Assembly (NCBI GenBank): GCA_030141605.1
Contig: JAQGDQ010000046.1
Span: 186,001-250,000 of the forward strand
DNA: 64,000 nucleotides
Direction of reading: 5' to 3'
Source: Tubiluchus corallicola
Lineage: Eukaryota > Animalia > Priapulida
Each line of letters begins with the position of its first letter. The stretch's first letter is position 1. The position numbers and the translations under genes are program-made. Below, in pieces: positions 14,106-25,308 of this stretch. The notes beneath the pieces are model-generated. The model made no database searches. It had not been told where the DNA came from and worked only from the letters and a program-made list of their open reading frames with translations.

Positions 14106-16135
14106 TACTAAACTTTGTAATTTGCTTACTGAAAATCATGCAATAAATTAAAACAGCTATAATTTGAAAACAGATTCATTTTTTGTATTATTTCACTTAA
14201 CAGCTTAACAGAGGTACCATGTTTAAATACCGAATGGGGCTGATTGACAATGAATTTTGTACTTGTGGTCTCAAATCTCGAAACGTCTAATATATGAAGA
14301 AGTGATAAACGTGCCTTTGAAATATATATTAGTATTGTTTGTGAATTAATTAGAATGAAATGATCAGCAATTAAACAGGATTCCAAATTATACATAGTAA
14401 CAGTATTCATTGTCAGATGTTATTATCGCGTCTATAACAACTTAGGAAAGTAACACTTAAAAATGCCAATTATAATTGGAACTTTGCAATTAGACTAAGT
14501 CTACTTTGTTATGTGCCTATTTGCAAAAAGCAAAATCTAGTCAAATGTAATTAATGCTTGAAACTGTAAACGTTATTGTAACCTTTTTTGTATTTCAATG
14601 TTAATATATATTGTGATGTGTAAATAAGCTTAATCTCTAGCATTTAGGTAAATTTCGTCACTGTGCCTTGTAAATAGAGGGCTTGTTTGGATTGCAGATT
14701 TGCATTATGTGTTTTCTGAATAAGTTAGAGTTATAATAATAATAATAAACCTATTAGAATAACCACAGCAATCAATATATACAAGCTGTCCACCATATTT
14801 ACTAATTAATGCCATGGCACTCGAGAGAGGTTGGTGCTACAAAACCAGTGCCTTGAAAACTTATAAAAATTTATAATGAAATATATCATTCCACCACCAT
14901 GTATTATGGCTAGGTGTTTAAAAGCACTGATGCACGGAATACAGTGATTGCATTATTCAACTGGCAAAAATTTAAGTAGCAAAATTAAAATTTTTGTAAG
15001 CACTTTCTTAAACTTTTTGGCTATATAGTATAATTGCAGCTTGCTTACTGTGCTAGCATGTTGCATTTACCCAATCATCTATGTTACTCATGACTGCGAT
15101 GATTCTAAAGACCTGTTCTAGGCTTCTTTGAATGAAGGTGCAAGTAGTCAAACATGTTGTAACCACTGATGACAGTACGCAAATAGGTTGTTTTATTGCT
15201 GGCTTCATACAGTAACTGTTATTGTCTCAGTTTCTGTGAAATAATAGATTTCTTTTAAATAGAATAAAGTGCTGTATAACAATTATTTATTTGAACAAAA
15301 AATTTTGAATCCAATATAATAAACATGATTTTTCAATAGCTGAAATGCTTTTGCAATTTCTATCGCATATTTCATTAGTCGAATTTAACCTCGATGCTGT
15401 ACTGTTAAGTATTTCAGCAAATGTTTTCGTAGTATCATTTTTTTACCCGGTTGTTTCACAGATGCAAGCATCGCCTGTTCTTTTCGCAAAAGACATTAAT
15501 ACAGAAAACTAATCATAGCATATGCAGCTGCTGTTACTCTGATCACTCAAATGGCAAAAATTAGCTGTAGAGAAACATGGCTTTGCCCTCGCCGAAACAG
15601 CGATGTTATGATTATTTTTGCGTTTTATGTTTTAAATTGAAAAAATATCACTTTTATATGACTGCGCCAGGTAAGTATAAGAATGCACAAAAAATTCCTG
15701 ATTGGGTGTGCTATGACAAAAAAATTATCTTGCGATTAGACGGAAACAGATGTATTTTTATTGGCCTAGTAAGCAGAAGTAAAGTAAAGCGCTAGGCCAG
15801 CTACGTTAGTGTAAACAATTAAAGATATTTTTAAGTTTATTTGCAAAGTTATTTTTAAGAAGTTCACTCTTACTCTTAGTGTGGAAAAAGGAATTGAACC
15901 ATAGATAATGGATGAAAATTCAGACAAGGATTAAAAATCTACAGGATGGATGTAATGTAGTGTAGGAAAACTCAAAAAGATGAATAAACACATTAGGAGG
16001 TTAATCACAAGTAGCACAATAGTTTTGCTATTAAATGTCCTCTTAAGCATCATATGAAATTATGTGATCTCATTATCAATTATATAGTAGTATGTGCTTT
16101 ACAGTGGCTAGCCAGGTCTTTCTTCAACAAATGGG

Positions 16136-19100
16136 ATGGAGAGCTGTAAGTCACATTTTATCTTACTAATGGCAGTCGCTGTGATTTTCTTTCTGATATT
16201 ACTGGTAGTTCCTGTTACCGTAGCAACTGATAAAGACCTGAACATTGAACCTAAAAAGGCATCTTTGGAATATCCGCCAAAAGAAACCGGAGCTGAGGTA
16301 AATAACAAATGAATCTGTTCAAATAGCTGAACTTTTTTTTAAAGAACAAAAATGCTTTTGAAGTTTCTTTTCTTAGCTGATCCTGGTGCTGTGCTGTACA
16401 TGATACTTTGTGTAAAAGTGTACTGTGATACGCTATGTAAAACTTGTAGTTGTTTTAGGCCTGTGTTGTTACAGAGTTAATGCATAATTTTGTTTTCATG
16501 TTCTCATAAATTGCTAACCTTTCCAAGAGTGGACTTTTGTTAAATTTCTTTTTTAGTCTACCAGTTCAAAACAGGGAGTTGTTATTGCACCCGCTGGAGG
16601 ATTTGTTCATGGTTTTATCGAGACCGTATCTGTCATCATAGTGACAGAGCTAGGAGATAAGACATGGTTCATTGCTGCTATAATGGCTATGAAATATCCA
16701 CGAACTGTAGTTTTTACTGGAGCCATGAGTGCTCTTATTATTATGACAGTTCTGTCAGGTAAAAAAATTTGTTATTACGTTCAACAGTGAAGACTACAAT
16801 CTCATTATTTTACATGTACTGATGAAATCATTATTGTACATCTTGTATTCATTACTATTTGCAAGCTGCCTGTTAATTGCTCACCACTGCAATAAGACAA
16901 CTGACAGTATTCAATATGTAGCAGTATTAACCAAATTAAACTGGTTGAGTACTTCAAACATAATAACACATTATAGCTTGCATTATAGCACATTAATGTA
17001 TTTGAAATTGTGCTGTAATAGCTAATTGGCTGTATTACATGCACTGAAAAATTACTATTACAGGCAAAAAATTGCCTTTCAACACCTAGCGTTTCATCTG
17101 AATAAATACAGTACAGAGGTACAACGTCGAAGCCGATATGGCTAAATCAGTGCGAGTCAGATGTCCATTGTCATCATGGAGAAAGAATTAGCACTGAGAC
17201 GCTTGCGCGCGAGAAGAGATGGCCGCGCAAAGTCCACCTCCACTTGGCAGATAGAGTGTAGATCGGCGGCATGAAGAGACACGACGGCCGCACTCATAAT
17301 CTGTTGCACCGCAGTGAAGACAACCAGAAAACAGGCCGAATCGGCAAAATGAACTGAAAGCTTCTCGATGAGCCATGCCATGCCAGAAGACGAGTTGCCA
17401 GCCTTGCACGCCATGAACCATCATCCACACAAGCTGCTGCCCTTGTGCTTGGGTGCCTTCATCCGCTTTTACAGCCGTTGGGAGTGGAAGATTCCTCGTC
17501 CGCCTGTCAAACCGTTGAGGACTTCAGTCGTATCCCTGACCAAGGGGGGCGCGCTATACCCCGCACCACTGGGTCCTTGCCTGAACTTAGTTACTGCTCC
17601 CGCAGCATCCACCCCCGCGACTAGGACGCGCCAGACAAGAGTTGCCCAAGTGCATCTAGAGAAGAGGGCTCTAGATACCAGAGGCCGGGTTAACTCCTCT
17701 GTGTGAAGCCAGAAGAGAAAGCACAGAAGAGAAAAGAAGAAGAGAAGAATAAATACAGTAGGCACCGTTTATTAAACTCACGGTTAATAGAATCAGTTGC
17801 CTAATTGACTCAAAAACGTCTGGTGCAGGCTGCTTTCATTCAAATGTATATAAAAACTCTCAGTAACTGACTCGATATTTTTCCTTCACATACTTAAAAT
17901 AAGGTGCTTGTGTGTGCTCAAAGAGCTTTTGTGTCATCTTTACTCCAATTTTGTACATTATAATACATGTAGAAATAGTCATGTTTGGTACAGTTTTGTT
18001 TGTAAGTAGGTACAGTACATTTATCATATGTGCTAACATGTTAGCATAGCGGTTTTGCTTTGAATCTGTCACCTGCTTTTTCGCTATAGTTAACCTCATT
18101 GTTTCTGGAAGCTAAACGTTTTAATCACTTGCCCAGTGGTTTGCTTTTGAAGTTCTTACTGCTTTTCACCGGGGAAACAAGATCGTCACCAATTGCAGCT
18201 CAAGCACTAGGTGACTAGGTGTTTTGTCTGAATATGTGCAGTATAGAGCAACTGATTTTCAAAGTTTTTATCATTATGAGATTTTCATAAATCAACTTCT
18301 TCATGAAAAAATGAAGCAGCCGACCTTGCATGAACTTTTGTAATTTTCAGGGTTAGGAATCAGATTTGTACATTTTTTTTATTTTCTTTTTTTATTAATT
18401 CACTTATATAATTAGTATTCTTAAATAATTGCACATAGGAATTTTAACATTAATTCATTTCTAAAATTCATTTAAGGCCTTTAGAATACATAATAAGTAA
18501 CAATACTTCTATAGTTGTATCAGGCTACACCCATCGGCTAATTGAATCAGTCAGTTAATTCGGTCAAAACACTTCCATCCCAAAGTGAGTCTCTTAGCAC
18601 CACCTACTGTAATAAGAAACATAAAAAATTAATATGTTCACTCGAATGGTTTTTAGCACAACAAATGTTAAAACTCTATGTGAGTACATTAGTAGTATTA
18701 AGCAATGCTTTAACTGAAAGAACAATACATGGTGACCATGTAATTTACCTATAAAATTTTGTTATTAACCACTTTTTGCTTGCAGCGTTATTGGGATATG
18801 CTACAACGATTGTTCCACGTACTTACACGTTCTATGCTTCGGCAATTCTGTTTGCTGTTTTTGGCATTAAGATGTTGAAAGAAGGTATAGTAAACACCGA
18901 AATTTACACAACATAAAGCAATAGCACATTCATTTGATTTTTGGTGTTAATGTTTTTGACTGTGGTAAAATTAAATTGGTGATTACTGAAAAAAAATGTT
19001 TGTAAAGAAATAAGTTTCCTCTCTGGCTACTTAAAAACATGAAAGGCCTACTCATAACTTCTTTAAATGTTGATTCAGGCAAGAACATGATAAGAAATGT

Positions 19101-22086
19101 AATGCACAGAAATTTTGAAAACAATGAAAAGAAAAACTAAAAAGTATTGTAAATACTACAAATATATTAAAGTACTAAATATCACCTTGTGCAAACTTTT
19201 GTTGTGAACTTTTAATGTATGCGCAGTGCTTTTGTGAATAATTAAATTGTCAGCTGTTATGTACACGAACATGTCGAACAACATTTGTTAAATTAATGTT
19301 AAGAAAATCACACTGGTATCTGCAAACTTGAACGATTTCTAAAACAATGCACAAACTAGACAATTAGATGTTTGTCTACTGTACACACACTATGTCAGTT
19401 ATGTAACTCCTTTCTACTGTTCTGACAGAATAAACTATTCAGTGCATTTGATCAAAGTGCCACATGGAGTAGACTCAGCTCCCTTGCTACACCACTGATT
19501 CTGAAATTAACCATATCTCTACTCACTCACATGTTAAGATTTTATACACTGAATGGCAGTTCATAAGTGTGTCCTTTCATTTGTGATAGGATGGTACATG
19601 TCAGAAGATGAAGCGCAGGAAGAGATGGAGGAAGTGACAGCCGATTTAAAAAAGCGGGAAGAAGATCAGGTAACAATAGCATCTTTATTCCTGTTTGGAG
19701 TTAGTAGATTTTTATGGTGGAGGTATAATTCTATACCTGGCTACTCAGCCACAAATCAGTATAACTTGCCACATCATCTTTTATTCACAATAAAGGGTTA
19801 TACAACATATGTGGGTGGTTGTTTAGCAGTTTTCCGGGCTACAACCAAAGCGATAAAATGCTCACTTGAAAAGCTAGCGGTCCTAAGCCATGATCTTATT
19901 TTTTACCGGGCTCTGCTTAGGAACTTATGGTTTCTCATGTTAACCAGAACAAGTATCGATTTTCTGCATTTCAACAGCAAAATTTAGTATGAAATGGAAG
20001 AAAAGATTATGATTCGTTTTACTATTTTTATTTATTAACTTTTTAGCTGGTTTAGGAAATCAAATATCACATTATAACAAACTGAATAACGGTTCAAAAG
20101 ACAGCAATAACTTCTACAACATAGTAAAAAACGAAATTTATACTTAGGAATACGTAAACCCTTCCCTTGGGGGGGGGGGGATAAGGAAATGGAAGAGGAG
20201 TTCAGACGTATCTCACGGCTTCACGTATTAGTAACTTCAGTCTTTGAAATAACCCTCAGTGGTGATGTTGACTGCTACAGCACTTAACAAACATGGGCTA
20301 AAAAATGACTTTCATAAGTCCTCCTAGTTTACGCTCAGCTCAAGATACGTCTTCACCCTCGGGCTACTTGTGGCTGATCACCTCACTATTTAGTTTGGCT
20401 TAGGATTTGGCACATTGTAGACCATTCTAACATTCAAAAGCAAGATCAAAGCTTTATCCACAATTTCAGTGGACTGATAGTCCCTTTATGTCAGATAAGT
20501 AAACAGCTGTGCACAAGCTTAACCAAATTTAGATAACCATTTTTATAGAGTAAAATCAAAGTGAAGGTAAAGGCATCTTTAGGCAGCTTTAAGGGTCAGC
20601 AGTTCCACTGTGATGACCTGAATATTAGTGTAATGCACCTTCCAAGATCGTATTATGAGCATAGTGGGTAATGGGTAGGAAGCCCTTCCGGTATACTATA
20701 ATACGTTAATGGCCAGTTTAGCTATGTGAACCTTACAATGCCTTTTTGTAGATAACTATAAATAGTTTAGTGTAAAAGATGTTAGTTATGCTGTTTGTTA
20801 CTGTGTTAAAATTATTACTTTATGTACGTATTACTGTTTTTTAGCAAACTGCAAAGACACAACCGCAAGATATAGAAGGAGGGGGTTTAGGACGTAAAGT
20901 TCGACGTCGTATATTTCCATGTATATCGTATATATTTTTTGAAGCTTTGAGCTTAACATTTTTGGCTGAATGGGGTGATCGATCTCAATTAGCAACTATT
21001 GTTTTAGCAGCTCGAGGAGTGAGTACATTCACACTGAGTTTTTGTTTATTACAGCTTTCATTGTAAACAGGAAAGAAATATTTAGAATTTGAAATAACTT
21101 TGTTTATTAACTCACATTAGACATGTTTTATAAACTTTGAGAATCCCACTGAGAATATGCTCTAAAATTTATAAATTAATCAATTGCCCTGTCAGTCAGT
21201 ACTTCATTCCCATGGTACATCATTGTAAGATTTGGCAGCTTTTAAGGCTCTTTAGGGACAAAACTGAAAACTACTGACATCCTGCTTAATCAGTCGATGT
21301 GACACACAAAAACAAATTTGAAAGACATTTTGTTTTAGTAATTATCTAATAAATCTAATCTAATGTCATATGTAATTAGTTATTTAAAAAATAAAACTGC
21401 AATCTCTAGCATGGTTCAATTGACAATGTAGGTAAAACCTTGTGCTTAAATAATTTCTAGTTTAATGGTTTTTGCATATCATCTAGTATGAAAAACAGTA
21501 AAACTAAGTTGTTAATTCAGAATTGATGACATTTCAATGTCGCTGTGAAAAACCTGTCATTTTTTCAATCTACAAATGCCATTTAATGATTTTGTAGAAT
21601 TATACAAAAATACTTGCTTACTCAAAAGCTAATTTTTGAAAAAATAAAACTTGGCATGGACAACGTTTTCCAATTCTTGCGTGGCATTTAGTGCCATACT
21701 CATGTAGGCAGTGTGTATGTTATTGCAGAATGTCGTAGCTGTAACATTAGGTGGCATATTTGGTCATGGACTCTGCACTGGTTTAGCTGTAGTCGGAGGA
21801 AAGCTAATAGCATCCCGGATATCAGTTAGAACAGGTAAGGTTGTGTTACACCAATCAACAGCAAATTATTAGCTGATGTTGACTCACATTTACATGAACT
21901 TTCTAATATTTTTGCTTTTGACTGGTTAACATGAATGTTAAATTTGATGAAAGACTAACTGTTGCATTTAATTTGATTGTAAATGACATTGTTTTTCTTG
22001 TTGTAGTGACTTTGATTGGCGGAGTTGTTTTCTTGCTTTTTGCCATTTCCTCGCTGTTTTTGGATCCAGAGGAACGGATGAGCTAG
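16136..22086 (+). CDS. TMEM165: Golgi Ca2+/Mn2+ antiporter TMEM165 (UPF0016/GDT1 family), 7 coding exons
   Basis: Exons 16136-16297 (hydrophobic signal peptide), 16557-16758 (ELGDKT motif), 18786-18884 (LFAVFGIKMLKEG), 19590-19669 (acidic loop QEEMEEV), 20845-21018 (FLAEWGDRSQ motif), 21729-21834 (GHGLCTGLAVVGG), 22007-22086 (stop TAG). All GT-AG and phases join. Confidence 0.96.
17107..17753 (-). mobile_element. GC-rich insert, probable 5' UTR region of a non-LTR (RTE-like) retroelement or derived SINE
   Basis: Sharp rise in GC against the AT-rich intron. On the minus strand a CT-rich tract is followed by hairpins and an HDV-like ribozyme fold. No recognisable EN/RT coding sequence. Confidence 0.45.
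17576..17669 (-). ncRNA. Candidate HDV-like (CPEB3-type) self-cleaving ribozyme
   Basis: Minus strand order: P1 GCCCUC .. P2 CUUGUCUGGC, P3 GCG, L3 UCCUAGU, P3' CGC, P1' GGGGGU, P1.1 GG, P4 UGCUGC-GGGA-GCAGUA, J4/2 ACUAA, P2' GUUCAGGCAAG. Folded by eye. Confidence 0.65.
17756..18609. mobile_element. pogo/Tigger-like MITE (~850 bp)
   Basis: TA|CAGTAGGCACC ... CACCTACTG|TA ends, subterminal GCCTAATTGACTCA/GGCTAATTGAATCA motifs. A second left-end copy lies at 13611. Confidence 0.7.
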
Positions 22087-22469
22087 TGATTCCATCTTGT
22101 AGGAAATTACAATTTTTTAAATATTCAAAAACTAGTTAAGTCACTGTGAAAATTACAGTATAGAAATCTTTATGAAATAGCAAAAGGACTGTTTGTGAAT
22201 GTTGCTTAGGGAGTAAAAACTAAGAAACTAAGCTGAGAATGAAGAAATGATCTTAGGAAATATAATCATGGTGAACACCCACAGTTATACAACTGCTAGC
22301 ATTTCACTGTCAACTACTAGTATCACGTATGAGAAAAATAAATTTTCGTGGGCAATTTTGCAAATTTACAAAAGTACACGCGTGAATTAGAAATATTTTT
22401 TTACATAAAATTGATCATCTTTTAAGTTGTTAACCTACGTTGATCATCGTTTATTGTTCGTTTTCACAT

Positions 22470-22648
22470 ACAGTTATACTTCATTATAATGCCAGCCTTG
22501 CTCAAATGCCCACATTTTGGCAAAACAGAATGTTTATATTTGCATAGACATGTAGATATTAATGTACCTTGTTATAATGCCAAACTCACGTAACTCGCTA
22601 CCTTTTTTTGCTGTTCCAAAGTAGGCCGTATAAAGAGGTTTCATTGTA
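22470..22648. mobile_element. Short Tigger-like MITE in the presumed TMEM165 3' UTR
   Basis: TA|CAGTTATACTTCATTATAA ... TATAAAGAGGTTTCATTG|TA. The internal sequence (GGCAAAACA..ATTTGCATAGACAT..TTAATGTACCT.GTTATAAT) is shared with the 55058 copy. Confidence 0.6.
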
Positions 22649-25308
22649 TTTCTTAAATTTAAGCCTTTATCCATCTGCTGATTTTGGGGTACTTTCGTTA
22701 TGAGTGAAAAAACTCTATCCTGCTCACGAAAATAGAACATTTATTTTCTTTAAAAAGCTGAAATTGTATGTTGTCATTTCTCCAAAGTACGGAAAAGTAT
22801 GTAGCTAATTTTTGTCTTGCTCTTTTTTCTAAACAGAATAGGCAAATAATCTACTGATTTAATTCAAAAATGAACCAAAAATGAAATCAAATAGTTTCCA
22901 AAAAAATCCTTATTGTTAATGTTGGAAAGCCTCTGTCTCTACAGCTACAACACAGTGTATTTATATAGAAATGAACCATGTATTACGTTTGAAAAAATCA
23001 GGACTTCGCTTAACTTCTAAATTGCACTTTATCAACAATAAACAAAAATTTGCTTTGTTAATTTTCATGGGTAAAAGTAAAGTAATCTGCAGTTTATTTA
23101 TTAGCAGAGTATATGCCTGCTTACCAAAGATATCAAACCAAGACTTTAATAAAGATATTGAAAGTTATTATTCTTGTTGTAAAAAATGTACTTATTTTAC
23201 AGTTTTTGTGATAACTGCATTGAAGGTGGCGCCAGCCATGTCATAAAAAATTGAGTCGTCTAATAGTAGATATCTTCATTGACAAAATGTACCAATAATA
23301 TTGTTTTATTACGCATGTAATGTATAAAGTTAATTAAAAATATATAATATTTGTTATGTTGTAATAATAATTATAATGTTGGTTGTACATAGTATCATTC
23401 ATGGCAAGTGAAAATTTCTTTGTGAACTTCGTGTCCTTTGAAAAAAATGGCAACTTAGTTTGGTGCATTGACTGCTGACAAAAAAGTTATTAATATATCT
23501 AAGTCGTTGCATTAATCTACCAATACAGATACCTTACAAATTTCGTGAGACTTGGTGCTTATTAATCTTGATGCATAAGTATGGACTTTCTGATTTACAT
23601 TCTTTAATCTGAGTCCTTGCGAACTTCGTGATGTGTAAGGTAATAATTTGATTTATTAGTTATTGTGAGTCCAGAAATGATAAAATGCTAAAAACCTGAA
23701 AATGTAATAAATTCAACAATCTATTTGGATAATATTTTGAGAAAATTCAATGAAAAATATTGTTTTAGCAATTATATCAAATTTTTTCATCTTTGATGTG
23801 GCTACATCTGTTCACTCATCAGAAGTGTTACTTTGTGTTTCTTCATTGCAACTATCAAACACTTATATGTATGTATTACATAATAACGGCAGCTAATTAA
23901 GTAAAGTAGAATTGCAGTGTTGTCCTGGCTGCTCTCTGAATCTCTCTACATGAGCTTTGCAGTTATTTTTATTTTTTCTATTGAAAGTGCTGTTAAATTG
24001 AAACTATTATTTGGCTATTGCAGTATAAAACCGTAACTCATTGGCAGCAAATCTTGTATATAAAAATTCTATATTGCTGCAAAATGCCACAGTGTGGCCT
24101 AGTTGTGATAACTATTTTGTATATTGCGGAAATGGTTAGTGTTGTGTATACTACACTCAGTGCATTAATTATTATTATGGTGATGGTGCTATTATGTAAA
24201 TTAAGAACACATAGGCTTTGTTAAAAAATTTTGAATGTTGTGTGGAAGATTGTTTGTTCCTGCATCAGTTCTTGGATGCAGAGTGGTTGCTGTTTCAAAG
24301 AAAACCCCCTTTGATTATAATGATTTTGATTATGACTCCAGGAGTTTTGACAAATATTAAAAATCAGCCATACTTTGTTGACATCTGTATTGCACGCGTA
24401 TTCCTGCAATAAACATGATGTTTTGGAGGTTTTTTGTTACCGTATTTGATTTATGCAGCTAATTTGATTACAAGTTAAATTATAGTTAAGTGGGTGATTT
24501 TCACATTAAAATTTTTATTAGATTTTGAAAATATAATAAGATTGACTGTCCATAATAATAAAATCACAGTAATGCAAGGCATCAGCCGAGATGCATGTAT
24601 CATAAAATGCGGTATTAATTCTTTGTACAATGCAAGTAATCAAGGTCTCACCTGTACATGATCAATACATTCAAATGTACTACAAAGATGCCTATTTGTA
24701 CACTAATAACAGCAAGGTTGACGACTATGTTAAACAAGGAAATCAAAAACATCAAAGCATAATACATCATAAAGATGCAAATTTTTACAAAATTTTATAT
24801 AAAGCCGATTAACATTTTAATAAAACAGTGACATGATCCAAAACATTATCTGCCTTAGCAGTTTAAAAATACACGTTTTAAGCAATGCACATAATTCAAG
24901 TCTTTTAAGCAATTAAATTCCTAGCATGCTAAAGAACAAGACAAAATTGTGTTAATGAAAAAATATGTTGAAAAACATTAATTATGTTTTAGAAAAGAAA
25001 CAATTTAAAATTTTAAGTGGTGATTAAATATTTACAAAAACATGATTAACAAAGGTAGAAAACACAATGAGTTAATGATTTTAGATAATTCACCATAATA
25101 AGAATGTCTAATAAGCATTGAAGGTCTTCCACACCTTGCTGACAGGAACATGAAATTAATAGTCCTTATATGCATTTAATTGCAAAAAGACAAAATTAAA
25201 ATTACTTATTTGGCGGATAATTAATAAATTAAAAATAACATCACAACAAGGGAATAAGAAAAGAATGAAAAACAGAATTATAATTAAATTACTTAATAAA
25301 TACACCAA

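Noticed and set aside
17157-17765. Four overlapping 80-112 aa ORFs as a nested gene
   Set aside because: Open frames are expected from local high GC. No recognisable domain or splice structure, and the region is better explained as a repeat insert.
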